A stretch of DNA of 57,245 nucleotides, the filler included, from Basidioascus undulatus (Eukaryota), in assembly GCA_000826855.1 (NCBI GenBank). It is 4 parts of 4 records of this genome, joined end to end, with 100 filler letters (N's around TTAATTAATTAA, not from the genome) between each part and the next. Parts side by side here need not be neighbours in the genome. Positions count along the whole stretch, not along the records: positions 9,279 to 18,452 come from JTLS01001289.1; positions 18,553 to 47,974 come from JTLS01000129.1; 2 more parts are not named here. One strand, given 5' to 3'. The position numbers and the translations under genes were made by a program. Position 1 is the first letter of the stretch. Each line of letters opens with the position of its first letter. The notes beneath the pieces are model-generated. The model saw only the letters and a list, made by a program, of their open reading frames with translations, was not told the origin of the DNA and did no database searches. This document shows positions 10,837-24,538 of this stretch, one piece after another.

Positions 10837-13624
10837 AAACCTGAATTTCGGATCTGTACGGACGTTTCGCGTCTTGAGATGGGACGCGATCGACAGCATT
10901 TTACGGATTTTGTAATGTTCGCGTGCAGCACGGTAAAAGTTTAGAAATTAGGTTTAAGAATTAGAGCTCTGCGACGCCGCTAGGCGGCTAGAAAAAGCAT
11001 TGCACCTACGAACGAAAGCTAGACATCACCAGGCGGGGGAAGGTCCCTTCGGCCATGCCGGAGGAAGGCATCGCGTGATGCGGCCCCTCAGGCTATGGCC
11101 AGCTTCATATAATTGCATGTTCAGGAAAAGCGCAAACCTTGAAATAAGAACCGACATTATGTCTACCCAGTCTAACAATAAAGTGGTCGTGCGACATTGA
11201 GTACCGCATGCGGAATGGCGTTTTGCTCTCCCGCAAGTAATCTCAATCAAGCACTGTTCCGCAGTCTGGAAATGCTGAAATCTCACGTTCACATCCGCCG
11301 AGGTTGTTTAGGTTGTCTAACTTCCGCCACATTCTGCCCAACTCGAGTGCCCAGGCGGCCGATGTATACGTCTGCTGCATCAGATTCTTCTCCTTTCCGT
11401 TGAACGGCAGGAGTTTTCGTAACTGGTCATAGACTTGGGGAATAACTCGCGTTTTTACTCTAGAAGCCAGGGTTACGCTTGCCCTTATCTGATCAGCGCC
11501 AAGAACTTCTTGCCGATGAGTGCGCCTTCTGCACACCGTACAATGCGTAAAGGAAGTCGATCGTTTTTGTATTTTTGTACAAATCACATTCAAACATCTT
11601 CTACACCCTTCTCAGAGATGTGGCAGTTAGGCTTCCTCTCAGCTTAAAGATCCAGATTATCGTTTTCCAGCGTGTTACCACGCTGTATGGGTGGTCCTGC
11701 CTGTCGGCAGATCGACAGCAAAGAAGACAACTGTGGATACATTTTCAGAGCTAGAGAAGGCAGGTTGCCGGACTAGCAGACCCACCTGTATACGCGACTA
11801 TTGAACGTATGAGCGAGACGGGCCACTCTCATCAGCTCGGTCGCAGGCGGCTCGCCTCGTGGTGCTTCGTTACGTACAGCTCATGAAAGCCTCATGAGTG
11901 GTTATCGCCTCATATAATGGTCTGAAATCTCGTACAAGACTTGAAACTGGAAATCCCTCCGGGAAAAGAGTATATAGTGTCGGCAGATGTGCATGCGTGC
12001 AACGTGCAGGCTGCCCAGCCAAGTTGCGACCTTCAACCTTCCGACCTACATATCAACAGTGATAATCTCTGCAGCCCCCATCCACCAAGAGGAACGCTGA
12101 AATATATTTCGCAGTGAAGCTGCTCACGCAGTCTGAAAGACAGCTTCGGTATGGTTGCACGCTGTCGGTTCGCCTGCGCACTGGAAGGCAGCACATGCAG
12201 CACATTCACTGTTGACCCAAGCATTACCTATAACCGACCGCTCGCCTTGGCCGGGCTATCTTCGCCTCCGACAGGCTTCTGAATGTTGAAGAGCTGGACA
12301 TCATGCAAAGAAGCAAGGCACGGTAGAGCGCAGCTTGACTGAGAGCGTGCATTGCGCGGTCAACCTGTGAGCAGATGCCAATGTCCGCTAGCAAACTGTC
12401 GGTTGCTGGCTTCATGTTGGATACTGCAAGTCTACAGTTTGTGGATGGTGATGGACTCGCAACTCCATTCTCAAGCACGGAATTAACAGCATGTAGCAGC
12501 ACCAGACGTGTCTCTGCGTGAGCATTTCCCTCGGCACGCCTTCTTGTCCTGTTCATCAAAGCTCCTTGATAGATTCGTGATAAATTGTCTGGGTCCCAGT
12601 ATTTTGTATCTTGTATGAAGGTCGCAATTGATTCGGTCGGCCGGTCGCAGCATGGTTGGGCAACCAAGTTTGCACCTCCGTCAGTATAGGCAGGACCTCC
12701 GGCCAATCACTTGCACTCTTTGCCAGGAGGGGGTGCTTCTCACCACACGTGACATAAAGGACTATTTTAAGGCTTCTTTGAGCGGAAAGCGACCAGGGAA
12801 CACGCTGCGAGCCAGCTGCCGCAGGGTCCTCTCCAAGTGCGGCCCGACCTCCTTCGCATGCTCGATGGTCACGGACGCTGGTGGGCCTTCTGCATAATTT
12901 TCCGACCCCTACCATATTAAATTTGAGGGCCAAAGAGGGTTGCGCATGCGTGGCAGTCCCACCCGGTTGCCGGCAATCTGGCGACAGAGATGAGCCATCC
13001 AAGTGCGTCTTTCGCTGAACTTCGCTTGCGCGCTCGCCTGGGACCTGCCACCGTCTGACCCTCAATATGCTCACCATACTTAAGAGCATCCTCCGTGGTC
13101 ATGAGGCACGGAAAACACGGTACGCTCGCTTCGTTCCTGGTTATTGGCCTCCACAGGAGGCTGCAGTTTAGTTTCCTTGCCGGATAGAATCACGGGAACC
13201 CATTCGCAGCAATCTGTCGTCTGTTTCTCACGCTGACAGAGTAAGGCATTTTGCCTCACTTAAACCTATTAAGGCGCTCCTTATCTTTCAAGCCTGGTCG
13301 TGACTCCTGAGTTCACCCTATCACCGTCACGTGTGCACGAAAAAGAGCAGCTGATCCGCGGGAATGCACCTTTTCCACCTGCCATGGGGAGTCGCGCTGG
13401 ACTGTCAAGCCTCCGCCATACCGAAATTGCGAGGCACAAGGCCGTCCTGCTCTTCGGCCTGATCGACTTGCCGGAGGCCGACCGCTGTGGAGGAGAGTAG
13501 ATAAAGAGTGCTGCAGGCACAAATGCAACTCTAGAGAACCTCCCCCATATTCCCCGTCCAGTAAACCATTATCAAAAACCATAACCAAGCCCTAACCCGA
13601 GCATCTCACATTTACTGATCAACC

Positions 13625-15721
13625 ATGTCCAACAAAGTCCCGGAAGTTGGCAAGGCTGCTGTCTGCGTTGTGAGCTTTTCGTCAAGCTCTGTCCGCGGTT
13701 CAACACCACGTTGCTCACCCGGTTGCCTGTGTATTCGCTTCAGAACCGTGGCCTCAACTACCACATCGAATGCAAGGAGGACTATCCCGTCCCCAAGCCG
13801 GGCCGCGGCGAGCTGCTGCTTCGACTGAACGTGACCGGCTTGTGCATGTCTGACGTTCGTGCGTGTCACTCCGCTACTTTCCGAACCGCGGGCACTTACA
13901 GACTCTAAGGTGGTACACAGACTTCATGAAGGGTGGGAACATGTGGGGTCAGTAAAACTGCTGGCTCTCTGTTCTGACGCCCCATTTCCATCTCTTTAGG
14001 CGACTGGGGCGTCGGCATGCAACCTGGTGTCGATTGTGCTGGACACGAAGGCGCGGGGGTGGTTGTTGCTTTGGGGGACGGCGTCGACTCAGAGAAGTGG
14101 AAGATCGGGGATCGTGCGGGTCTGAAGCCGCTTTACGACACCTGGTGCGTGACATCACGAATCCATTCAAATGCGGTCCATAATGATTGATTTTCATGTA
14201 TTCACAGTGGAGAATGCGACCTGTGCCGGGGTGGTGTACGCCGATCTGAAGCGGTTAGGTACAGAAGGCTCACGACGCTTGTCTTTCTATAGAAGGAAAC
14301 TCATTGTGACAAGGCGCCCTTCACCGGCGCTTTCGCACAAGGTAGGCAGAGCCCATTGCTCAAGCTTGTCAAGCCTGACCCATTCAGTCATGCTCATCAA
14401 GCTTTTCTATGAATGGTTTCAGGATCCTATTGTCAAGTGAAGAAATTCTAGCATCGAGATTAGACCCTGGGACACAGCTGAACATCCCAACACACAGTAT
14501 GTTCTTTCGCCGGCGCGCTACACCTCCCGCATCCCGGAAGGGGTGCCGGACGAGATCGCTGGTCCCATCAGTAATTTTTTGCCTACGATACTTTAACAAT
14601 TATTAAACTCACCCACTACTTGAGCAGTGTGCAGCGGTGCAACCACCTACGCCGCTCTGAAGGCTTCCGGCGCTCGTGCCGGTCAATGGTGAGCGGACAG
14701 ACGCTTTGCCACCATCATCGCCTTTCCGGCCGCTGAAAGCTAGCGACAGGGTCGTCATTCCGGGCGGCGGAGGTGGTGTCGGCCACATGGTAAATCCTTT
14801 CATCCTGGACGAAAAGACACGTTCCTCATGCTCTCTTTACAGGCCGTCCAATACGCCGCCGCGATGGGGATGCGCGTCATTGCTATCGATACGGGCGACA
14901 ACAAGAAGCAGATGTGCAAAGCGCTAGGTGCGTGTGTTATCGTCAAAGGTCATTTGAATGGATCCTAACAAGCCTCAACCGGGCCTAAAGGTGCCGAGGC
15001 CTTCGTGGACTTCGCGACCTCTGAAAACGTGCGCGACGAAATCATCAAGATTACCGGCGGTGGCGCACACGCAGTTGTTAGTATTATCTATTGTGTTATC
15101 TATACGCCAATTTCTCACCGTCGGGATGTGACTCCCCTGACCAGATTGTCACTGGTGGCACTGGGAAAGCATACGAAGGTGCGCATGCCCTGCTTCGGAA
15201 GGCGGGTACGATGGTCTGCGTTGGTCTGGTGCGTTCCTCTGAGCGTTTTTACCTATGGAAAAGACTTAAAAAAATCACGGTCAGCCGACCCGTGGGACCG
15301 CATTTGCCGGAGGCGACCCCTTCGATTTGTGCTTCTCGAACATCAAGATCGTCGGCTCCCTAGTTGGAGGCATGGACGACGTGGACGAGGCGCTGCGGTT
15401 CGCTGCGCGTGGACTGATCAAGCCCAAGTGAGGGTTTTTTTTTTTTCTTTCTATTTTCATGAACTCAACAAGCTCTGACCTAACTGTCAACTCCTAAACA
15501 GGATCACCACTGTAAGTTCGGGGTGAACTGGTGACAGACGCTGCCAATGCTGATTGACGCGGGTCTCGTGCCTCGCAGTACTCGTTCAAGGAGCTGCCCG
15601 ACGCTGTTAAGCTTCTCGTACGTCCGAAGACTGTTCATCTCTAACTTGTTTGCTGATGTCCCTGTTTTCCCAGACCGAGAGCAAGATTGCCGGGCGCGCC
15701 GTCGTGTACTTTGACAAGTGA
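13625..15721 (+). CDS. Zinc-dependent medium-chain alcohol dehydrogenase, about 17 exons
   Basis: Spliced motifs [17 protein letters not shown], structural-zinc C|GECDLC...[11 protein letters not shown] Rossmann loop, and C-terminal [11 protein letters not shown]. Confidence 0.93.
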
Positions 15722-16006
15722 AGGAACCGGCTTTGCATATAACAGGACAATGACAGGACAATATGACTGGGTTTGCTGGGGAGACCGTAGCTATTGATTG
15801 AACGACTGTACTTCTTGAATTCTGGAGGAATAGGCAATGAATGTGCGCTACTGAATATATCTACTGAGGTTGTTTGGGATCTTCAGAATCGGCTGGTCTG
15901 TGCATTACGAGAACTACTGATGTCTCCGTAAATAGGGCGCTTCACCGAGTCGGTTAGCCTTAATAATGCATGCATCATATTCCTCTTCATATTACAGCCC
16001 CTACGT

Positions 16007-16765
16007 TCACCTGCCTTCCATCAGCCCGTCCTTTCCGGTAGCCACTACTCCCTTCCCCACCCCCTCTCCGCTCGTCCGCTCCATGCCCAGCCACTCCCAC
16101 TCAGCGTTGCCCCACCCGCTGGAGTCCACCTCTCCATTCTTTACAAGCGCCTCAATCATCTCCAGCAGCTCCTTCCGGACTGCCATGTTCTCCCGCCGCG
16201 AAGCTTCCTGTTCCTCCCCGGACACTGCGGATTTGCATTCGATTCAGCGGTCCGCTTTGAGGGACTCGAAGGGACCACAAACTCACCTTGCGAATATTTA
16301 GTACCTTGAACGGGAGTCTTAGAGGCCGCCATGAATTCCTCCAGCGACCTCACGCCCAGCCCGACCCCTGCCATCTTGCAACGCCAGGTAAGCCCGTGGC
16401 AATGCATACAGCTCTTTCCCGCTCGACGCACGGTATCATGAAGTGTAGCTTCGCAATACACACCCGCATTTGCAGCGGTGTTCTGGGCGACGGGATTGCT
16501 GGGGTCGGGCTTGGATTTCCTCAACCGCGCCGGCCTCGGACGTTGCTGGAGCAGGCGCGCGGTTGAGGTGTCTCGTGTAAGGAAAGGAGGCTGAGATGCT
16601 TTGGCCCATTGAGGCAGTATAGGTGAAATTTAAGAGCGAGGAGGGGCTCTGAGTATACGTAGCAATGGCTGTGGACAAGAAGGCAGGGCTTACGACGATG
16701 CTGAGGAGCGTGTGTGGCGGAGGTATACGACTAAATCGACGCGTTCGCCGTTTGAATAGTTTCAT
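16007..16765 (-). CDS. Small hypothetical protein, 5' exons unresolved
   Basis: A clean GTGAG...CAG intron at ~16226-16287 joins ...TPVQGTKYSQ to VSGEEQEASRRENMAVRKELLEMIEAL...MEGR*. Further canonical donors lie upstream. Confidence 0.35.
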
Positions 16766-17627
16766 CGCTCCATCTGGAATCGCCCAATTTCATTCGAGCA
16801 GCATCTTGGAAATGTTTGGGTTTGAAAAAAACTAACACTGTGGAAAGCTCTACGTAAGCGCCGCGCCGATACGGTCTGTATCTGGGTGATAGTCGGGCTG
16901 AGACTCAAATATGCTCGAAGCCGGCAGCCGCGGTGAAATCTAGGGGAAGGCTGGGATAGAAATCAGATTTGCATCGTGCTGGTAAATATCTGGGGCGGAT
17001 GTGGAAGGCTTCGGATCTAACTGTTATGTCGCCGCGACCAATAAGCTGGGCACTTGGTTTACACACCTTCGACTGGCGTGGCGGTGTTAGATTTTGGACT
17101 TTTGTGGTAAGCCGGACACCAATGGAATAGCTTCGCACTAAAGAGGAGCAGGATATAATGCGAGTTTGACGCCCGCGAACTATTCACATCTTGTTTCTGT
17201 TCAGTTTGGTTATCGCCGGCCTGTCACCAAGAAGACCTTGAAAAAAAGTATTGCCGATGTTCATTTCTTTCATTCCTAGGATATTACGCTTCCTGCAAGG
17301 TTACGAAGGATCGACATGACCGTTGTGGCGGGTGCGCTTTGAATGCCGGCCCGCTCGATCGGAGTAAACAATAGTTCGACAGACAAGGTTGGAGGGAGCG
17401 CCTTCGGGCATATAAGTTGTTATTTAGAATGGAAGCTTGAATATGGCAACCACCTTGTTAGGTTGCAGTGTTAGCCAGCGCTACAACCAGCAGATACCCT
17501 TTCTGGCAGAAGTAGTTCGGCGCTCGTGCCAACCGCATTTGACCCGCTCACCGAACGACCTTTCCAACTCTGAGAAACTCAAGGGAAGCCCGTTGGCTTC
17601 TCGCTTCACCAACCGTTCCTCCCCACA

Positions 17628-18452
17628 ATGATACCACGTTCCGTGCTCTCATTAGCCCTGCGATCCTCCCTCTGGCGCGCATCCCTCCTTCGCGTCCCTC
17701 ACACCCCCCTCCCAGCTCCTGCCGTCGCCCGACCGGCCCCCGCCTCGCCCCTTCGAATTCGGAATGCGTCTTCAGCAGCCGCAGCGGCTTCGCTTGAGCA
17801 GCCCGCGCTCGAGCTGGGGTTCGAAGAGGATGCGCGCGTGATAACTCTTGTGCGGAGGATGGTGGTGGAGTGGGATCGATTGCTTGCGGAAGCGGTGCGT
17901 GCACTCCCGTCCCTGAGCAGTTCAAGCTGGCTGTGGGCTAATGGAAGGGGCTGCTTCGGGGAGGGAAGGCGGAGGAGGCGGAAATGAGTGATTCGTCCGT
18001 CGCGCGGGGGCGGAGGTTGAAAGAGTTAGAGCCGCTGTGCGAGGCGTGGGCGGCGTACGAGTCCCAGAAAGAGGTGCGTCTTCCCTTCCCCCTGCCTCCT
18101 TCCCTTTCTCCCCGTCTTTACCTAACACCCCCCCACCCCAGGCGCTCGAGTCCACCCTCTCCATAGCGCACTCAGATCCGGACCCGTCCATGCGTTCTCT
18201 AGCGGCCGACGACCTCCCCCACCTCCTCAGCACCCTCCCGCCGCTCTACTCCGCCCTCGCACCCCAGCTCCTCGCCCTCTCCCCCACGTCCTCTCTCTCC
18301 TCTCCGCCCGCGGGGGCGCTCCTCGAGCTCAAGGCGGGGGTCGGAGGAGCGGAGAGCGCGCTCTTCGTGGGCGATATGATGCGCATGTATGTAAAGTATG
18401 CGGGGCGCCGCGGGTGGAGCGCGAAGGAGATGGGGCTTGACGAGGCGTGGGC
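17628..18452 (+). CDS. MRF1: Mitochondrial peptide chain release factor 1, 3' truncated by contig end
   Basis: Arg/Ser/Leu-rich presequence. PCRF-domain motif ALLELKAGVGGAESALFVGDMMRMYVKYA..RGW. Confidence 0.85.
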
Positions 18453-18552
18453 NNNNNNNNNNNNNNNNNNNNNNNNNNNNNNNNNNNNNNNNNNNNTTAA
18501 TTAATTAANNNNNNNNNNNNNNNNNNNNNNNNNNNNNNNNNNNNNNNNNNNN
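18453..18552. other. Artificial contig spacer
   Basis: 44 N + TTAATTAATTAA (18497-18508) + 44 N. Confidence 0.99.
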
Positions 18553-20343
18553 GCCAGCTCTTCAAATCCCTCACATCCACCCCAGACCATTTCAATCTTT
18601 CCCTTCCCCGTGGACTAAGAAGCCCGGCGAAGACGCACCGGACAGAAACCATTCCCCCGTACGCGAACCCGCCCTCGCGTGCGATGCGCTCCTCAGGCCA
18701 GTCCTCCCTCGCCCGCGCGCTGAGCTGTGTCCACGCGAGGGCGTTGCGCGGGTGGGTCGACAGGCCCGGGTAGACGACATTCACTACCCACCCGCGCTGG
18801 ACGCCGATGGTTGAGAGGACGCGTGCGAGCCGGAGCGCGTTGAGGCCGTGCTCCCGTGCGCGGAGATCTGCTCACCACCACCGGTTGACATATGGTTAGA
18901 AACAGTTCGCCGGGCAGGGAAGGGGGAGAGGGACTGAAAGTGGAAGGGGAAAGGAAAGGGACGGACGCAGCGTCTTCGCACCCCGCTGGGCGAGCCAGCA
19001 GTCGAACGGGCTCGGGACAGCGCCGATCGCGTTCTGGAGGAAGCGGAGCTTGTCCGCGAGCGCGGGAGTGTTGGTTATCGCCGCGCCCATGATGACCTGC
19101 ATTCATCGCGCGCGTGGGTCAGTCGCCTGGCCGACACAGGGAGCGGGGCGAACGGAAGGGGCGCACGTCGGAATGCCCGTTGATGTATTTGGAGCTGCGA
19201 CGGAAAAGTTTGCGTGAGAGACAGAAGGCGTGAGTGGAGGATGCGGAGGTGCGAGGCGAGACCCACAGGGAGTGAACGACAATGTCCGCCCCGAGCAGGA
19301 GAGGGTTCTGGTAGTACGGCGAGAGGCTGACCAGTCGCCCTGGCACATCAGCAACAACCCTCTCATTTCTTCAAACTCTGTATCCAGACACGGACGCACA
19401 AGGTGTTGTCAACAACGACGACCGCCCCGCGCGCGTGCGCTGTGTCCGCGACGGCCTGGACGTCAATCAAACGCAGCGTCGGGTTCGTGGGTGTTTCTAT
19501 CCAAACGATCTGAACCGCGCCGGCCTTGAAGGTTCAGCTTTGAGAGAATGAGAAAGAAATAGGAAGGGAGTAGCGCACCTTCGTGTCCTTCTCCCAGTAC
19601 GAGTCGAGCTTCTCCATGCCCTCGAACACCCTCTCCAGATCAACAAACGTCGTCCGCACGCCCGCAACGGCCTCTGCGACCCTCTTGAGGTACCTGTGCG
19701 CACAATTCCAGCTTTTTATCAACTCAAAATCCTCCCCTGCAAGCGCAAGGGACGCCTACCTGTAGGTCCCGCCGTAAACGTCATTGACGCTGAGGACGTG
19801 CCCGCCCCCTTGAAGCGTGTTCAAGATGGTCGCCGTCGCAGCCGAGCCGCTCGAGAAGGCGAGCGCGTACGTCCCGCCTTCGAGGGACGCGAGCTGCGCC
19901 TCGAGCGCGGAGCGGTTGGGGTTGTCGGAGCGCGAGTACTCGAAGCCCTGTCCGTCCCGAAACCATCTTCAGCGCACACGAACAAGGGGCTGGAGGCGGA
20001 TGGTGCAGGAAGACCTTGTGGTTCCCCACCCCTGCCTGCGCGTACGTTGTCGAGAGCGAGATGGACGGGATGACGGCTGCGGTTTCGGTGCTCGGTTCGG
20101 AGCCCTGCGTGCGGCGGTCGGAGCAACGTGAGCGGCGACCCCTGCCATTAGCGGGAGCGAAGACGCACGACGTGAATCGCCCGGGTACCAAACCGCTGTT
20201 CATCCCAACGCCACGGCCCACCCTCAGTTCTCGCATCGGAGGTGGTGAGGAGCGAAAGCTGGTCTTACGTCCGATACCTGCTGCTTGGCCGCCTGCGCCC
20301 GGTCATTCGCAGCCGCAACGCCGTTAGTAGTCGGGATCGTCAT
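18553..20343 (-). CDS. CYS3: Cystathionine gamma-lyase (Cys/Met metabolism PLP enzyme), 3' truncated
   Basis: Spliced motifs FGTRAIHV|GSEP, ISLSTTY, FEYSRSDNPNR, AFSSGSAAT, DVYGGTY, WIETPTNP, VVDNT, PLP-lysine SSKYINGHSD, PFDCWLAQRG, YGGMVS. Confidence 0.93.
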
Positions 20344-21960
20344 CTGTGCGCTCTTGGTCTTCACGGATGGTCGTGGTCGTTGTGAAGAAAGAAAAGCGTC
20401 TGCGATTCCAACGAGTTCCTGGAGGACCGCGTGGATCATCGTCGCACGTGATTGCTATTGCGTGCTTGGCACGCCATGAGGGCGAGCGGGCGGGGAACAC
20501 GCAACGCGCCGAGTCAGCACGCTCGCGGAAGCGCTTTGGATATGATTTTTGGAAGATGAAGAAGGTTCGAGATATTTTGGAAGTTGAAATGTGCTAAAAG
20601 CACGTCAAGAGCACGCAAGGCAAGGCAGTCGGCGTGCACTGGAAGGGCGGCGGTATCATTCCACCGCTGGTGTCCTTCACATTGAAAGTCTCTAGCGTTT
20701 CGTTGTGCAGTATTCGGAGGGCTGTGTGATTTATTAAAATCCTTGTCAAACTTCCCGACGGTCTGAATTTCTGTCGTCCCTGCAGTCGAGAAGTTGAGAA
20801 GTCCCAGGAGTCGACAGGCTCTGAAGGCCAGCCAACGCCGAGTACACGTCCCGCTATGCCCCTCACATCGCTCTCACACTTTTGATGTTCTTCGAACACT
20901 TCAATTGCAGACTTAGGATTTTCAGACTCATAGAAAGAACAAGAAGCGTACTCTTGCAGAAGGCCACCTGTGACTCAGCTTCGGGACAATGGCGATATGT
21001 TCCGCGCCTCAGTTCAGAGCGTTGCATATACGCCTCACCCAGAATCCTGCCTGCTGGGCTTTCCATATGTAGCATAACATTGCACCCTGCCTTCACCATC
21101 TGACTCTGAAGAAAGACACGCAGGAAGCAGCACAGCACCGCTTCTTTCGCGTCCTCCGCCTGCTCGGTTTCTCCTATTTCCATACGGCTGCAGTCATGGA
21201 CAGGCCTGCGTTTCCTGAATCTCGGAAAGTGAACTTTCACAGTCAATATTGTGAGTTTCCTTAGCTGGACAAGGCGAAAGACCACATGCCCATGCCCATG
21301 TTCCCGGCGGTCATCCCGGTGCCGCACCGGGCCGGATGATCGTTGATGATCGACGTCGACCCTGCCACTCAGACCCGCCACCTCATTCGCGAAGTCCCTC
21401 ATCGTGGCATTCCTTGCACCCAATCTTGCTGCGCGCCAGTTGAACGGCTATTGACCCATGCTCGTCGCCGTCGTCCCTGCACGTTCTCGGGGCATTTCTC
21501 ACTCATCCCCGTCCTCAGGCATAGATAGACGGGCGCAAACGTTCGAATCCTGCAGCTGATCCAGTCCGCATCACATATTAACGCGTGCCTCGCATGGCCT
21601 CTCCGGACCTTCGGTTCCTTTTTCATGGCTCTCAATTGCTCATGCGGAGCGAGCGATTAACTCTACCCTTCGTCTTGCCTCGGATGCTGATCCCTGCTCC
21701 CGGTCCCTCTACTCGACCTCGAGCTCAAACCGAGTCCTTCATAACTATCATGCCTTGATTTGACCCGGAGGATTAATATATCATTCCTGATCAACGTACA
21801 ACTTAATTGAATGGGCAATGCTCCCTTGGCAACGTGCCTCTCCTAGCGCATCTGCTCCCCCTCAGCTTACAAGAAGCGACTCGCTTGTCCGGTCTCTGGC
21901 ATTCGCCCCGTCTATCTTGCCAACCTACAAAGTCTCTATTCCAGCGCTACCCTTATCGTG

Positions 21961-23153
21961 ATGCCCTTCGCCTTGACGCCGTCGAACGTTACCCGCGGCG
22001 GGCGTGGTCCTGTGGGTTTCACGTGTGTCTTGCGATTCTCGTATCTCCTTTGTTGGACCTCCAACTGACCTTCCTTGCATGTCCCGTTTGTACTCACAGA
22101 GGACCTAGTACCCCTCCTCCCTCTCCACCGCCATCGCCTTCTCCGAAGCCCAAGACTCGCTCAGCCCTCTCTAGTTCGCTCGCTCGTTTCCGCCAGAAGT
22201 CCACCCCATGGCTGCGCCGTCAATTCAGCTCCGACGCTCCTTCCCTCTCGCCCTCCCCGGTCCCCATCTCTCCCCGTTCATCTTCCCTCGTCGACACCGC
22301 CCCCACCAGTCCCGTGTGGGAGTGGTACGCTGCAACGGGCGACGAACCGACTTTCGAGGTTGTCCATCCTTCGAATGCTGCACCCCCTCCACTGCGCCTC
22401 AGCATCTCTCCTTTCGACACATCCTTTCTGGCCAATTCGCTACCCTCACCTCCACCCACACCTTCCTTCCCACCTCCGCTTCCCCTCCCTGCGCTGCCCG
22501 CCTCCTCCGCACCGCGCACGCCTGTCCGCCCCAGCAGGCACCTCGACCAGCCCTCGCTCCCTCCGCGACGCCCTTCGAAGCGCAGCCGCTCACCACATGT
22601 CACATTCGCAACCTCCTCCTCCCCAACGCTCCCTCCCACCGAGTGTTACGACCCGACCATGCACTTCCCTCCCCTGTCGCCGCTGGTCGACTCGGACTCG
22701 GATTCGGATCTCGACCCCGACATGCTCGATCTATCTGAGCTCTTCTTCTGCGACCCTGCGCTCCCTCCTTCCCGGCCGCTGTCGCCAGCTCGAGCCGAGT
22801 CGTTTATCTTCCCGCGCCCGCCGCCGCACTCGACGCTGTCGTCCCGCGCCTCTTCCTCCTCCCTCTCCTCCTCCTATTCCTCATCCACCTTCGACTGCTC
22901 CCGCTATACCAAAACCATCACCTCCTCTTGCGCGGAGCCCGGGATCCCCTCTCCGTCGCCCTCCCCGTCCTCCTCGCGCTTTCGCAATCGCTGCCAGCCG
23001 TCGCCGGTGCCTGTGCCTCCGCGGTCGAGCAGCTTGCAGGGCACGCGCGCACAGGCGGCGCTGGAGGAGCTGCAGAGGCGTCAGCGGATGGCGAACAGGT
23101 TCGCCAGCGCTGATGCAGCTGTGCACTATGTGGTGAACGGGGAACACATCTAG
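21961..23153 (+). CDS. Pro/Ser-rich low-complexity hypothetical protein
   Basis: ATG 21961, intron 22023-22099 (GT...CTGAC...CAG) splices in frame into the long 21807-23153 ORF. Confidence 0.7.
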
Positions 23154-23494
23154 ACTCGGGGAGGTGTAATTCCGAAAGGGCGAGGAAGAGAGCTTCGCTC
23201 GCTCGTTATCTCGGTTGTTGTCTGGAACTTAATATTGTCTGACCCCTCGAGGCTGTATTTTCTTATTCCCTTTCGACCCTGACTTGAATTGGTGCGCATC
23301 TCCTAGAGCGCTTCACAGTCCGTTGCGCTCTGGACGTTGCATCGCAGCTAAAAGTTTTCATCACGATGGAATGTTTTACACCTTCCTTGCAGCTAGAGAG
23401 GCGAATGGCTCTGAGTTAAAAAGGCTGCGCTTCGACATCCGGAATACACCATCTCCGAAAGGTCATGTATCCATCTTGGCTAAAATTATTTCCT

Positions 23495-24538
23495 CTAGTG
23501 GTCCGTGCGCCGGACAACGTCGCGGTTCAGGTCTTTTTTGGACACAAAGGGGATGCCGCTCAGCTGGAGGGTGAGGTCAAGCTCGCCGAGCAACGCTGCG
23601 GCTGTCTGGTCTGTCAGACCTTGACACGGCGCACGTGCAAGGATGGAAATGTCCAAGACTTACAGCGCAAGACATGCTTGGTTCCCCCGCCGCCAATAGC
23701 AAGACCGTACACATACGGACGGCCCACTAGTACAGCCTGCAGATGTGAATGGAAATCAGCAAGACAAGGGTTTCTGCCTTTGCGACGCACATCAGCTCCT
23801 AGGGCGAGCGCCTTGGCAATGTCGGAGCCATTACGGAATCCAGAATCAGATACTGGAAGATGAAAGTCAGTGTACGGTAGGTCTACCTGGAAACGCCAAA
23901 GGCACGGATGTCGAGCCTGCCGCCGACTGCGTCTGCGATATCTAGCAACATGTCAAGCGATGCAACCGAGCCATCAACTTGACGCCCGCCAACTGAAAGG
24001 GGAGACACATCTTTTCAGTGTAATTCTCAACAAAAGGCGACCTTGGCAACGTACGATTCGAGACGATGATTCCCTGTACGCCAATCTCCACTGCCTTCTT
24101 CGCTTCTGGCACGTTTTGAATGCCCTTCAGTACGATTGGGCCTGGGGTTGGGGGATCAGAAGCACATAACAAACAATTGTCAGGGTTCATGTTCCCGTAC
24201 CGTCCCAGTGCTTCTGTAAGAACGCGACCCCTCCCACGAGTGACCGAATCCTGCCAAACCTTGGTCAGCCAACGCCGACGTGCCAACATCGATCGGACGC
24301 ACCAGGGAAAATTGTGTGCGCCCACTCGGCTGCAGCTCGCCGAAGGTATTCTCCTACTTCTTTCCCGGTCTCACGCTTGAAGTTGAGGCAACGCAAGGCG
24401 TACTCCTCCTTGTGAAGTGAAGCGGGGCTTCACGCCCTTCTCCAAATCATTCTGATACACTTCATTCTGGTAGTCTGAAGGCTTCGTTCGTGTTGCTTGG
24501 TCTTCGTTTGGTAGTTTCAGCCAACTTCGGTGTCCCAT
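23495..24538 (-). pseudogene. FMN-dependent alpha-hydroxy acid oxidase, lactate 2-monooxygenase-like, degenerate
   Basis: Motifs YQNEVY, GHSWE, HWDG|PIVLKGIQ, IVSN[L]GGRQVDG, DSGFRNGSDIAKALALGA, GRPYVYGLA. Lesions: large internal deletion, -1 frameshift at ~24230, and catalytic His codon read as CTT (Leu). Confidence 0.85.

Noticed and set aside
10000..13500. Short ORFs between laccase and ADH
   Set aside because: No recognisable motifs or consistent splice model. A faint F-box-like phrase near 12300-12400 is too weak to call.
13585..13602. CCCTAACCC telomere-like motif
   Set aside because: Single unit, no array.
13625..15721. ADH as part of a malo-ethanolic cluster with the malate module
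   Set aside because: It is on a different contig; the proximity is artificial.
20594..21700. Possible transposon or gene remnant upstream of CYS3
   Set aside because: No transposase or RT motifs and no terminal repeats recognised.
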